Below are positions 17,758 through 27,513 of a DNA stretch of 64,000 nt, piece by piece. The notes below the pieces were generated by a model. It was not told the DNA's origin, did no database searches, and worked only from the letters and a program-made list of their open reading frames with translations. The position numbers and the translations under genes are program-made. Position 1 is the first letter of the stretch. The number at the start of each line of letters is the position of its first letter. Source of the DNA: Oscillospiraceae bacterium (GTDB lineage Bacteria; Bacillota; Clostridia; Oscillospirales; Ruminococcaceae); NCBI GenBank assembly GCA_051881775.1, contig JBJEQN010000103.1:14604-78603 (forward strand), given 5' to 3'.

Positions 17758-20418
17758 TTATTTTGCGTCCTTGCCGTAATAAGCAAGACGGAGAAGCTTT
17801 TTGAGTTCGTCGATTCTGGGAAGTCTGGGGTTAGCGGTCGTGCACTGGTCATCGAATGCCTTGTATGCAAGCATTTCAACAGCACTGTCGTAAACCTTAG
17901 GATCGATGTAGGATCTGGGATCCTTTTCGCCTGCTTCCTTGATAGAAAGAGGAATGTTAACTTCAGTCATAAGATTTCTTACAGCGTCTGCAAGAGCCTT
18001 AACACCTTCCTGAACGGAAGCGTCCTGAGGAACGAAGCCCATGAGCTTGGCGATCTCAGCATAACGCTCAGGAGCGATATAGTGATCGTACTTAGGCCAA
18101 GCAGCAAACTTTGTAGGAGTCTGTTCGCCGTTGTATTCGATAACGTGGGGGAGGAGGTAAGCATTTGCAAGTCCGTGGGGAATGTGGAACTCACCGCCCA
18201 GTTTATGAGCCAGGGAGTGGTTTACACCAAGGAATGCGTTGGTGAACGCCATACCTGCGATACAGGAAGCGTTGTGCATCTTTTCTCTTGCAAGGTGGTC
18301 AGCGGTCTTGTAGGACTCGGGGAGGTACTTGAATACCAGCTTGATAGCGTGGAGAGCAAGTGCGTCTGTGTAGTCTGTAGCAAGAACGGAAACGTATGCT
18401 TCAATAGCGTGAGTGAGAACGTCAAGTCCTGTGAATGCTGTGGAAGCCTTAGGAACTGTGTAAACGAACTCAGGGTCAACGATAGCAATATCAGGAGTAA
18501 GCTCGTAGTCTGCAAGAGGATACTTCATGTTCTTGGACTTATCGGAGATAACTGCGAAGGAAGTAACCTCGGAGCCTGTACCGGAGGTCGTAGGAACGCA
18601 GACAAGCTTTGCCTTCTTACCCATCTTGGGAAACTTGTAAACCCTCTTGCGGATATCCATGAATTTCTGAGCCATACCGATGAAGTCAGCGTCGGGGTTC
18701 TCATAGAAGAGCCACATTGCCTTTGCAGCGTCCATTGCGGAACCGCCGCCGATAGCAACGATGCAGTCAGGCTGGAAGGAATTCATAATATCGGTACCCT
18801 TGCGTACTGTTGTGAGATCGGGGTCAGGCTCGACCTCGCTGAAAATTTCAAGAACAGGGTGGTTTTCGTTTTTATTGAGCTGATATGTGAGTCTGTCAAC
18901 GTAGCCGAACTGAACCATTCCGGGGTCAGCTACGATCATTACTCTGTGGATGTTGGGCATCTTTGCAAGATACTGAACAGAGCCGGGTTCAAAATAGATC
19001 TTTTCGGGAACCTTGAACCACTGCATATTAAGTCTTCTCTTAGCGACCTTCTTAACGTTAATAAGGTTCTTAGCTGTAACGTTCTCGGAAACGGAGTTCT
19101 TACCGTAGGAGCCGCAGCCGAGTGTAAGAGAAGGAGCCATAGAGTTGTAAACATCACCGATAGCACCGAAGGATGCAGGAGAGTTAACAACGATACGGCT
19201 TGCGTTCATGGATTCGCCGTACTTGTCAGCAAGCTCATCGTTAGATGTGTGGATAACAGCGGTGTGACCTGCACCGTGCTTAAGCATTTCCTTACAAAGC
19301 TCGAAAGCGTGGTCTGTTGTGTCAGCCTTAACAACTGCAAGAACAGGGGAGAGCTTTTCAAGAGCAAGAGGATACTTGTTAGCGTCTGTGCCGCCGATCT
19401 CAACGCAGAGTACCTTGGTTTCCTTAGGAATTGTGATACCTGCCTTCTCGGCGATCTGCCAGGGATACTGACCAACGACCCAAGGACGTACAGCCATCTT
19501 GTCAAGGTCAATAATTGTATCCTGTATCTTCTGTACTTCTTCGGGAGTTGCAAAATAGCAGCCGTGATACTTCATAAAGCCAACTGCTTCATCATAAACC
19601 TCAGCGTCGATGATAGCAGCCTGCTCGGATGCGCAGATCATACCGTTATCGAAGGACTTGGAGAGAATGAGGTCATTAACAGCCTGCTTGATGTTAGCGG
19701 TCTTTTCAATATAGCAAGGTGTGTTTCCGGGACCAACGCCGAGTGCAGGCTTACCTGCGGAATAAGCAGCCTTTACCATTCCGGGACCGCCTGTTGCAAG
19801 GATAGTTGCAACATCGGGGTGGTTCATGAGCATACCTGTTGCTTCGATGGAAGGATATTCGATCCACTGGATGCAGTTTTCGGGAGCGCCTGCCTTGATA
19901 GCAGCGTCACGAACGATCTCTGCAGCTCTCTTGGAGCACTGCTGAGCGGAGGGGTGGAAACCGAAGATGATGGGATTTCTTGTTTTTGCGCAGATGATCG
20001 ACTTGAACATTGTTGTGGAAGTCGGGTTTGTTGTAGGTGTTACGCCGCAGACGATTCCGAGAGGTTCTGCAACTTCAACGTAGCTTTCATCAATGTTGTC
20101 TTCGATGATGCCGACGGTCTTTTCGTGCTTGATGGAGTGCCAGATGTACTCTGTGGAGAAGATGTTTTTGGTGACCTTATCCTCGTAGATACCTCTGCCT
20201 GTTTCCTCGATAGCCATTTTTGCAAGCTCGCTCTGAGCGGAAAGACCTGCAAGAGCCATTGCCTCTGTGATCTTGTCGATCTGCTGCTGATCCAGCTTCA
20301 TGTATTCTTCAAGAGCTTTCTTAGCGTTAGCCACAAGACCGTTGATCATATCCGCTGTTTCAACCTTCTTTGCCTCGTCAGCTGCGGGAGCTGCTGCGGC
20401 TTTTTTCTTGTCTGCCAT
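17758..20418 (-). CDS. adhE: bifunctional acetaldehyde-CoA/alcohol dehydrogenase
   Basis: N-terminal ALDH domain plus a C-terminal iron-ADH domain (GGGSAMDAAK, HxxxH metal ligands). The start is MADKKK at 20418, with GGGAGGA 9 nt upstream. Confidence 0.97.
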   Translation of the reverse strand: MADKKKAAAAPAADEAKKVETADMINGLVANAKKALEEYMKLDQQQIDKITEAMALAGLSAQSELAKMAIEETGRGIYEDKVTKNIFSTEYIWHSIKHEKTVGIIEDNIDESYVEVAEPLGIVCGVTPTTNPTSTTMFKSIICAKTRNPIIFGFHPSAQQCSKRAAEIVRDAAIKAGAPENCIQWIEYPSIEATGMLMNHPDVATILATGGPGMVKAAYSAGKPALGVGPGNTPCYIEKTANIKQAVNDLILSKSFDNGMICASEQAAIIDAEVYDEAVGFMKYHGCYFATPEEVQKIQDTIIDLDKMAVRPWVVGQYPWQIAEKAGITIPKETKVLCVEIGGTDANKYPLALEKLSPVLAVVKADTTDHAFELCKEMLKHGAGHTAVIHTSNDELADKYGESMNASRIVVNSPASFGAIGDVYNSMAPSLTLGCGSYGKNSVSENVTAKNLINVKKVAKRRLNMQWFKVPEKIYFEPGSVQYLAKMPNIHRVMIVADPGMVQFGYVDRLTYQLNKNENHPVLEIFSEVEPDPDLTTVRKGTDIMNSFQPDCIVAIGGGSAMDAAKAMWLFYENPDADFIGMAQKFMDIRKRVYKFPKMGKKAKLVCVPTTSGTGSEVTSFAVISDKSKNMKYPLADYELTPDIAIVDPEFVYTVPKASTAFTGLDVLTHAIEAYVSVLATDYTDALALHAIKLVFKYLPESYKTADHLAREKMHNASCIAGMAFTNAFLGVNHSLAHKLGGEFHIPHGLANAYLLPHVIEYNGEQTPTKFAAWPKYDHYIAPERYAEIAKLMGFVPQDASVQEGVKALADAVRNLMTEVNIPLSIKEAGEKDPRSYIDPKVYDSAVEMLAYKAFDDQCTTANPRLPRIDELKKLLRLAYYGKDAK

Positions 20419-20505
20419 AATCAAAAATCCTCCCATTAAAATTTTATTTTATTACTTATGGGTCGCATACATACGGGTAAAATCCCATTGATCTACCTTG
20501 CCTAT

Positions 20506-20534
20506 ATAATATCACATTGTTAAACTTTTGTCAA
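20506..20534 (-). promoter_or_regulatory. candidate adhE sigma-A promoter, overlapped by a Rex-like half-palindrome
   Basis: Minus strand: TTGACA (20534-20529), 17 nt, TATTAT (20511-20506). TTGTTAAACTTTTGTCAA (20517-20534) resembles the clostridial Rex box TTGTTAANNNNTTAACAA, with two mismatches in the right half. Confidence 0.45.
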
Positions 20535-20743
20535 TATGCATATTAAAAAAATTATGACTTTATATCGTTTTTTTCTGTAAACCGCAAACGGCTTTTATTC
20601 TTCCAAAGGCGTTTACATATAATTATTAACTTAATTTGCTCGGATTATTAATAATAAGACCGTATAATGATTAAAATAGTTAATATAAAGCGGCTGAAAA
20701 TGAAAAAACGGTTTTCGGCGCTTTTTGATAAGGAGTATTGCCA

Positions 20744-21547
20744 ATGGACTACAGTTTATATCAGCTTGCGATGTTTTTCCTTGTTTATGCTTTTCTTGGC
20801 TGGCTCTCGGAGGAGGTATTTGCCCTTGTAAGGCACGGAAAACTTGTTAACAGAGGCTTTCTGACGGGTCCTGTTTGTCCTATCTACGGCTTTGGAATGA
20901 TAATAATCATACTTTGCCTTACGCCGGTGCAGGATATACTTCCGCTGCTTTTCCTCGGTTCAGCCGTACTGACTACGCTTCTGGAGTTTGTGACGGGTTA
21001 TGTGCTGGAAAAGTTCTTTAAGACAAAGTGGTGGGATTATTCCGAAGAGCATTTTAACGTAAAGGGCTACATATGTTTGAAATTCTCGATATTATGGGGT
21101 CTTGCCGGAGTGTTTATAATGGATATAGTACACCCTTCGGTGATGAAGCTCCTTGATAAGCTGTCCTATAAAGCAGGACTTGTAATAATTGCAGTTTCGG
21201 CTGTTTTATTCGCTGTAGACCTTACAACGACCCTTATTTCCATGATAGACCTGCACAAAGGCGTTGCAAAGCTGGAGGAGCTTTCCGCAAAAGCCGAGGA
21301 ATTCAGGCTTAAGCTTGAACATATGGCTGAGTCCGGCTCAGAACTTATTGAAGAACGCACCGATGAGCTGAAAGCGGAGTTTGCCCGTCAGCGTGAGCAG
21401 ATAAGCGAGGCGCGGCTTGCCCTTTCCGACGAGCTTCACAGACGTCACCGCAGATTTTTCAGCGCATTCCCTCATTTTGAAAAGGGCGAGCGCTTTGAAA
21501 AGCTGAGAGAAGCCATTGAAGAATACCGTGAAAAACGAGGCAAATAA
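20744..21547 (+). CDS. membrane protein of the putative ABC-transporter type IV (CmpB/PF06541-like) family with a C-terminal coiled-coil tail
   Basis: FLVYAFLGWLSEEVF...NRGFLTGPVCPIYGFG matches the family signature. ATG 20744 has AAGGAG 8 nt upstream. Confidence 0.6.
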   Translation: MDYSLYQLAMFFLVYAFLGWLSEEVFALVRHGKLVNRGFLTGPVCPIYGFGMIIIILCLTPVQDILPLLFLGSAVLTTLLEFVTGYVLEKFFKTKWWDYSEEHFNVKGYICLKFSILWGLAGVFIMDIVHPSVMKLLDKLSYKAGLVIIAVSAVLFAVDLTTTLISMIDLHKGVAKLEELSAKAEEFRLKLEHMAESGSELIEERTDELKAEFARQREQISEARLALSDELHRRHRRFFSAFPHFEKGERFEKLREAIEEYREKRGK

Positions 21548-21560
21548 CAGATAAAAAACT

Positions 21561-21598
21561 ATCCCCGTAAATTTTTCGTTCAGAATATTTACGGGGAT
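21561..21598. terminator. bidirectional terminator between convergent genes
   Basis: 12-bp stem ATCCCCGTAAAT / ATTTACGGGGAT, A-rich upstream and T-rich downstream. Confidence 0.75.
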
Positions 21599-21625
21599 CA
21601 TTCATTTTATGCAGAAGTTCGGATG

Positions 21626-22360
21626 TCAGCTTCCCTCTCCCGAAATGAAGGCGATAGGGTCTATCCATTCGCCGTTTTTCTTAAGAGCAAAGTGGAGGTG
21701 GGAGGCTTCCTTTATCTCACCCTCCGCAGTGTCTCCCACAGTGCCGATAACGGTACCTGCGGAAACGGTCTGTCCTTCAATAACGGGGATGTCCTTGCTG
21801 AGGTTGCAGTAAAAGCCTTCAAGACCGTTTTCGTGGTCGATAACAACGCAGGCGCCGAGCATCTGATCCTCATAGACCCTTGTTACCGTTCCCGAAGTCA
21901 TGCTTTTTACCTTTTCGCCGAAATTTCCTGCAATATCAACGCCGTCATGGGTCTTCCAGACGTTCAGAGTGGAGGACTTCACAAGCTCTCCGCCGGAATA
22001 TTCGCCGATTATCTCCCCATTGAGGGGGCGCACCATTGCCTGATAGGAAGCAGCCGGCACTTCGGAAACGAATTCTTCCATAACGTCCTCGGTCTTATCG
22101 CTCTGCTCCGTTTCAGCGGCAGATGTTACGGCTTCCGTTTCGGTTTTTGCCACCTGAGTTTGTTCGGCGTTTGCCTTTGCAGCGCCCGGCTCGTCCTCTG
22201 CGGCTGCCGTGGGTTTGTTTCCGATAAGCTGGTCGTTAAGCTGATCCGCCGCCTTTTTGTAGGAGTAAATTCCCACGCCGCCGACGATTAGCAAGCAAAC
22301 GCATACAGCGATCGCAAAGCCTTTTCCGCCGAGATTTTCCTTGCTGAAAAAATTTTTCAT
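21626..22360 (-). CDS. M23 (LytM) family metallopeptidase with an N-terminal TM anchor
   Basis: HxxxD (HDGVDI) and HxH (SHLHFAL) motifs. The probable start is MKNFFSK at 22360; the track start is 22420. Confidence 0.8.
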   Translation of the reverse strand: MKNFFSKENLGGKGFAIAVCVCLLIVGGVGIYSYKKAADQLNDQLIGNKPTAAAEDEPGAAKANAEQTQVAKTETEAVTSAAETEQSDKTEDVMEEFVSEVPAASYQAMVRPLNGEIIGEYSGGELVKSSTLNVWKTHDGVDIAGNFGEKVKSMTSGTVTRVYEDQMLGACVVIDHENGLEGFYCNLSKDIPVIEGQTVSAGTVIGTVGDTAEGEIKEASHLHFALKKNGEWIDPIAFISGEGS

Positions 22361-22496
22361 ATTAATATGTCCGCCTTTCGTAAAACTTCCGAGGGAATAA
22401 TAAACCTTTTCCTCAAGCATAGTTTTGACAGATAAGGCGGATTTATACTATCTTTATTCAAATATTTGAAGAAAAAACTTTTTGGGGCAGATCGGG

Positions 22497-23162
22497 TCAT
22501 CCGCTGAGAAAGCTCCGCAGCTTCATAAGCAGCTTTTTTTCACGCCGTGAGACCTGTACCTGTGAAGTTCCAAGCCTTTCCGCAACGGCAGACTGGGTAA
22601 GACCCTTGTAATACCGCAGAAAAATAAGTGTGCGGTCGTTTTCTTCAAGTGACATAAGCGCCTGATGAAGAGAAAGCATTTCCGTCATTTCATTTTCCGG
22701 TGTCTCTACCGCTATGTCGATCTGACAGCCTTCGTTGTCCTCGTCCGTGCCGGTAAGAGAAAGGGCAGGGGCGCCTGCAGCAATGGCTTCGGCAATGTTT
22801 TCGGGGGATTCGCCGCATATCTCACAAAGCTCGCTCAGCAAAGGCTCACGCCCGTTTTTCAGACAGAATTCATCCCTTATGCGTGAAACCTTGAGGGAAA
22901 GCTCTCTTAAACTTCTGCTCATTTTGACCGTTCCGCCGTTTCGGAACAGACCTTTTATCTCTCCCATTATCACGGGTACTGCATAGGTTGAAAACTTTAC
23001 ACCCCTGCTTTCGTCAAATCCGTTGGCAGCTTTGATAAGACCAACGCAGCCTGCCCCGAAAAGGTCGTCATATTCAATGCCCCTGCTTCTGAAACGGTTT
23101 GCGCAGAGATGCACAAGCCCCATATTGCTTTCAACGAATCTGTCGGTCTGAGTACCGTTCAT
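22497..23162 (-). CDS. sigF: sporulation sigma factor SigF
   Basis: Sigma-70 regions 2-4, and third gene of a spoIIAA-spoIIAB-sigma operon with overlapping stop and start. Confidence 0.9.
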   Translation of the reverse strand: MNGTQTDRFVESNMGLVHLCANRFRSRGIEYDDLFGAGCVGLIKAANGFDESRGVKFSTYAVPVIMGEIKGLFRNGGTVKMSRSLRELSLKVSRIRDEFCLKNGREPLLSELCEICGESPENIAEAIAAGAPALSLTGTDEDNEGCQIDIAVETPENEMTEMLSLHQALMSLEENDRTLIFLRYYKGLTQSAVAERLGTSQVQVSRREKKLLMKLRSFLSG

Positions 23163-23632
23163 CTGCCGCAGTTCCTTTCCTGTTGATTATGTATGATGCT
23201 GTCTGCGGAGACGAGCCTGCGGCACAAGGTTACGGTCGTTCCTTTTCCCACCTCGCTTTTTACCTTTACCTTGTCCATAAAGGATTCCATTACCGCAAAG
23301 CCAAGTCCTGCACGTTCCTCTTCGGGAGCGGAGGTGTAAAGAGGTTCCATTGCCTTTTCAACGTCGCCTATGCCGCAGCCGTGGTCAGTGATGCGTATGG
23401 AAACGGTCTTGTCGTTGTAAGCCCTGACTTGAACGTCGATTTTTCCGCTTTGGTTACGGTAGCCGTGAACGATAGAGTTTGTAACGGCTTCCGATACGGC
23501 GGTCTTTATCTCCGCAAGCTCGCTTACCGACGGGTCAAACTCCGAAATAAAGGACGTAACGCACATTCTTGCTATCCTTTCGTTGCAGCTTTGCGCAGGA
23601 AAAGAAAATTTCAGTTCGTTTATTACTTTCAT
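23159..23632 (-). CDS. spoIIAB: anti-sigma F factor (serine kinase) SpoIIAB
   Basis: GHKL ATPase motifs (EAVTNSIVHG, DHGCGI, GLGF). The start is MKVINELKF at 23632. Confidence 0.9.
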   Translation of the reverse strand: MKVINELKFSFPAQSCNERIARMCVTSFISEFDPSVSELAEIKTAVSEAVTNSIVHGYRNQSGKIDVQVRAYNDKTVSIRITDHGCGIGDVEKAMEPLYTSAPEEERAGLGFAVMESFMDKVKVKSEVGKGTTVTLCRRLVSADSIIHNQQERNCGR

Positions 23633-23654
23633 TTTGGTTATCCTTTCTGCTTTT

Positions 23655-23960
23655 TCATTCGATAGAAGCAAGCCGTTCAAGACCTGCCAGCTTCATCACC
23701 TTTTTTATCTGTGCGGAAGCGTTTGTTACCGAGACCTTGCCGCCGTAGGTCTTTGCCAGCTTATACCTTCCCATTACAAGACCTATGCCGGAGCTGTCCA
23801 TAAATGTTACCTCTCCGAAATCCAGCACAAGCACGGACGGGTGCTGCTTGTCCGCTTCAAGGTCTATCATACGCCGTATCTCTGCGGCGCTGTGGTGGTC
23901 TATTTCTCCCTGGATGTGTGCAGTTAAGGTACTGCCGTCTGTGTCAATTGTTACAGGCAT
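23655..23960 (-). CDS. spoIIAA: anti-sigma F factor antagonist SpoIIAA (STAS domain)
   Basis: STAS fold with the phosphorylatable Ser context (FMDSSGIG). The start is MPVTIDTD at 23960. Confidence 0.9.
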   Translation of the reverse strand: MPVTIDTDGSTLTAHIQGEIDHHSAAEIRRMIDLEADKQHPSVLVLDFGEVTFMDSSGIGLVMGRYKLAKTYGGKVSVTNASAQIKKVMKLAGLERLASIE

Positions 23961-24161
23961 TTTTGTAATCCTCCTTTTTCTATTATTGTAATACAAATTA
24001 ATGTAAAATATTGTCAATTATAAGTACAAGCTATCTTTATTATTGCGAGAAAAGAAAACAAAGAGTTTTTGATGGATTTAACAAAAAATACATTTATATA
24101 AAAAACAAAATATGCTATAATGACAATATATGATCAAAACAATGCTGAAAGGTTGATAAAT

Positions 24162-27100
24162 ATGGATTCCGAGCGTTCACAGCTTTTTAACTGCGGCTGG
24201 AGCTTTGCTCTCCTTGAAAACGGTGCAGGCTATGAAAAAGCTGCTTCATACACAGATTATAAAGACGTTGAAATACCCCACGACTGGCTTATTTACGATA
24301 CAAACGACCTTTACAAAAGCGGCGAAGGCTGGTACAAGAAAACGTTTTCTCTTGAAAAAGGCGGGTATAAATATAGTATAGATTTTGACGGCGTTTATAT
24401 GGACAGCACGGTCTATGTCAACGGCGCCGCTGCAGGCAGCTGGCACTACGGCTACTCGTCCTTTTCCTTTGATATAACCGACCTGCTTAAGGACGGCGAA
24501 AATACTGTAATGGTGCAGGTGAGATACGTTGCTCCAAACTCAAGGTGGTATTCCGGCGCAGGAATTTACAGGAATGTTTATCTTACCAAAACCGCTCCTC
24601 TGCACATTGTCAGGGACGGAGTTTATATTACCGCAGACCCGGTAAACGGAAATGTGAAGGTAGAAATAGAAGCAACGGGGGATTACGACTCTGTTTGCCA
24701 CGAAATATTCACATCCGACGGCTGTAAAGTTGGAGAATTTTACAGCAATTCTTTCAAAATTGACAGTCACAAGCTCTGGAACCTTGATGATCCTGTACTT
24801 TATACAATGAAAACGAGTATTGTAAAGGCAAATAACATTACAGATACAGTCAAGAATGTATTTGGTTTCAGGAGCATAAAATTTGACCCCAACAAGGGAT
24901 TTTTCCTTAACGGACAGCATATGAAGCTGAAAGGCGTGTGCCTGCACCACGATCTGGGCGCTCTCGGTGCAGCTGTGAATTACAGCGCGTTGGAACGTCA
25001 GATACTTCTTATGAAAAAAATGGGAGCAAACGCTGTGCGAACCTCCCACAATATGCCGTCAAGGGAGCTTGTGGACATCTGCGACAGAGTGGGTATGCTT
25101 GTGGATTCCGAGAGCTTTGATATGTGGGAGCTGCCCAAGACCGAGTTTGACTATGCAAGATTTTTCAAAGAGGACGCACATAAAGACGTTCTCAGCTGGG
25201 TAAGGCGTGACAGAAATCACCCCTGCATTATAATGTGGAGCATCGGCAATGAGATCTACGACACCCACGCTTCGGAACACGGCTATGAGATAGCAGAAAT
25301 ACTGGCAGGATATGTAAGAGAAGCCGACCCTGAGTGTCACGCTGTGCTTACCATAGCTTCAAACTATATTGAGTGGGAAAATTCCCAGAAAATCGGAAAT
25401 CTCCTTGTTCATTCGGGCTATAATTACACGGAAAAATGCTATGACGAGCATCACAAAAAGTACCCCGATACCGTGATTTACGGAAGTGAGACCTCTTCCG
25501 CCGTAAGAAGCAGGGGAATTTACCATTTTCCGTCAGATATTCCGCAGCTTACCCATGACGACCACCAGTGCTCTTCCCTTGGAAACAGCTGTGTAGGCTG
25601 GGGAAGACCTATGGAAAGCGCCTGGGTCGAGGACAGAGACAGGGAATTCTGCGCAGGTCAGTTTATTTGGACGGGCATCGACTACATAGGCGAACCTACG
25701 CCCTACAGCACTAAAAACAGCTATTTCGGCGCAGCAGATACCGCTTGCTTTCCCAAGGACGCATACTATTTTTACCAATCTGTCTGGACGGACTTCAAAA
25801 CCGCCCCGATGATACATCTTCTGCCTTATTGGGACTTTAACGAGGGGCAGCTTATTGACGTTATCGCTTATACAAATGCGCCTGCCGCCGAGCTTTTCTT
25901 CAACGGCAAGTCTCTCGGCGTGAAGATGATCGATCATAAACACGGAAAAATTCTTCATGCGGAATGGAAGATACCTTATGAAAAGGGCGAATTAAAGGTC
26001 AACGCCATTGACGAAGACGGAAATGTTGTCGCAAGCGATGTCCGGCGCAGCTTTGGCGACCCTGTTGAAGTGGTGCTGAAAGCGGACAGAAACGTTATTA
26101 ATGCAGATGCAAACGAGCTTTGCTTTGTTGAAATTTCCGCCGCAGACGAGAACGGCACCTTTGTCGCCAACGCAAGAAACTATGTAAAGGTAACGGTAGA
26201 GGGCGCAGGACGGCTTCTCGGACTTGACAACGGCGATTCCACCGATTACGGTCAGTACAAGACCGATTCAAGAAAACTTTTCAGCGGAAAACTCCTTGCA
26301 ATTGTTGGTCCAAACGGTGAGGATGGCGAAATAACCGTAACGGTGTCTTCGGAAGGTCTGAAAACGGCAGCTGTGAGTGTACAGTCAAAAGGCTTTACAC
26401 ATACTTCAAACGCACAAAAACTTGTTCCGCAGATAACACCTTCAAAACCGGGAGCAGTTCCTATGCGTAAGATAGAGGCTTGCGCCGCAGACGGAGGAAA
26501 ACTCACCGAGGAAAGACCCTGCGCAGATGTTAAATACAGAATTTTGCCGAAAAACGCCGCCTATGACGATGTAACCTTTAAACTTGTCAAGCCAAACGGC
26601 GTTGAAACGGATATTGCGGAAGCGGAAATGTGCGGCGATACCGTAAAAGTCACCGCAAAGGGCGACGGCGAGTGCATTCTCAGGCTTTACGGCAATAACG
26701 GTGCGGAATATCCCCAGGTCATTTCCGATGTTGCCTTTGAGATCTCAGGCTTGGGAGCGGCTGTGCGTGATCCTTACTCAATGATTTTGGCAAACACCTT
26801 TGCTTCTTCGGATGTTCCTGTTACAATTATCGAAAACGGCGCTCTCGGCGGATTTGCACAGAGAAGCCGTGTGGATTTTGCTAATCTTGATTTCGGAAAA
26901 ACAGGTACGGACAAGATAAGAGTGTACTTTGGCAACTGCCGCAACAGGGAGATACCCGTTGAAATTTTTGACGGCGAAGATCTTGTTGAAACGCTGATGA
27001 TACCCCACAACAACGGCTGGGACAAGGCTTCACCCTTTGATTTTACCCTTCCCGTGCGGCTTAAAGGCGTTCACAATATCGGTGTTGCGGTTTCCGACAA

Positions 27101-27500
27101 CTGTATTTTCGGCGGCTTTGAGTTTATTGAAGAAAACAGGGCTTACGCCGCTCTTGACCCTGCTGACTGCGACAATATTTACGGTGATGACTACAAGATT
27201 GGCGGAAACGGCATTGAAAATATTGGCAACAACGTTGTTATTGAATTCAAGGGCATGGATTTTGGCGACGGCGCACACAAGCTGGAGCTTACGGGACGTA
27301 CTCCCAACAAGGTGAACACCATACAGCTTTGCTGCACCGCAGACGGCTCTTTGAGAAAACAGCTTATTGAGTTTGAACATTCGGAAGAGTACGCTTCAAG
27401 AGTGTTTGAGATTGATGAAATAAGCGGAACGACCGATATAAGCTTTGTATTTATGCCGGGAAGCAAATTCGATTTCCTCGGATTCAGATTTATTAAGTAA
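24162..27500 (+). CDS. glycoside hydrolase family 2 beta-galactosidase with C-terminal Ig-like/carbohydrate-binding extensions
   Basis: GH2 sugar-binding, Ig and TIM-barrel signatures (NAVRTSHN, WSIGNE acid/base, nucleophile context GSETSS). The start is MDSERSQ at 24162. Confidence 0.9.
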   Translation: MDSERSQLFNCGWSFALLENGAGYEKAASYTDYKDVEIPHDWLIYDTNDLYKSGEGWYKKTFSLEKGGYKYSIDFDGVYMDSTVYVNGAAAGSWHYGYSSFSFDITDLLKDGENTVMVQVRYVAPNSRWYSGAGIYRNVYLTKTAPLHIVRDGVYITADPVNGNVKVEIEATGDYDSVCHEIFTSDGCKVGEFYSNSFKIDSHKLWNLDDPVLYTMKTSIVKANNITDTVKNVFGFRSIKFDPNKGFFLNGQHMKLKGVCLHHDLGALGAAVNYSALERQILLMKKMGANAVRTSHNMPSRELVDICDRVGMLVDSESFDMWELPKTEFDYARFFKEDAHKDVLSWVRRDRNHPCIIMWSIGNEIYDTHASEHGYEIAEILAGYVREADPECHAVLTIASNYIEWENSQKIGNLLVHSGYNYTEKCYDEHHKKYPDTVIYGSETSSAVRSRGIYHFPSDIPQLTHDDHQCSSLGNSCVGWGRPMESAWVEDRDREFCAGQFIWTGIDYIGEPTPYSTKNSYFGAADTACFPKDAYYFYQSVWTDFKTAPMIHLLPYWDFNEGQLIDVIAYTNAPAAELFFNGKSLGVKMIDHKHGKILHAEWKIPYEKGELKVNAIDEDGNVVASDVRRSFGDPVEVVLKADRNVINADANELCFVEISAADENGTFVANARNYVKVTVEGAGRLLGLDNGDSTDYGQYKTDSRKLFSGKLLAIVGPNGEDGEITVTVSSEGLKTAAVSVQSKGFTHTSNAQKLVPQITPSKPGAVPMRKIEACAADGGKLTEERPCADVKYRILPKNAAYDDVTFKLVKPNGVETDIAEAEMCGDTVKVTAKGDGECILRLYGNNGAEYPQVISDVAFEISGLGAAVRDPYSMILANTFASSDVPVTIIENGALGGFAQRSRVDFANLDFGKTGTDKIRVYFGNCRNREIPVEIFDGEDLVETLMIPHNNGWDKASPFDFTLPVRLKGVHNIGVAVSDNCIFGGFEFIEENRAYAALDPADCDNIYGDDYKIGGNGIENIGNNVVIEFKGMDFGDGAHKLELTGRTPNKVNTIQLCCTADGSLRKQLIEFEHSEEYASRVFEIDEISGTTDISFVFMPGSKFDFLGFRFIK

Positions 27501-27513
27501 GAAGGATTTTGAT

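Noticed and set aside
18082-20439. A 785-codon ORF on the + strand opposite adhE. Similar long antisense ORFs lie opposite fucI (36494-37744), fucO (41204-42013), the U32 peptidase (61287-62237), purB (30593-31363), the M23 peptidase (21623-22291) and dacB (1690-2313).
   Set aside because: In each case the opposite strand encodes a full-length protein with unmistakable family motifs. The antisense translations are Cys/Val/Leu-rich and low in information, with no RBS context. They are mirror-frame artefacts of codon usage.
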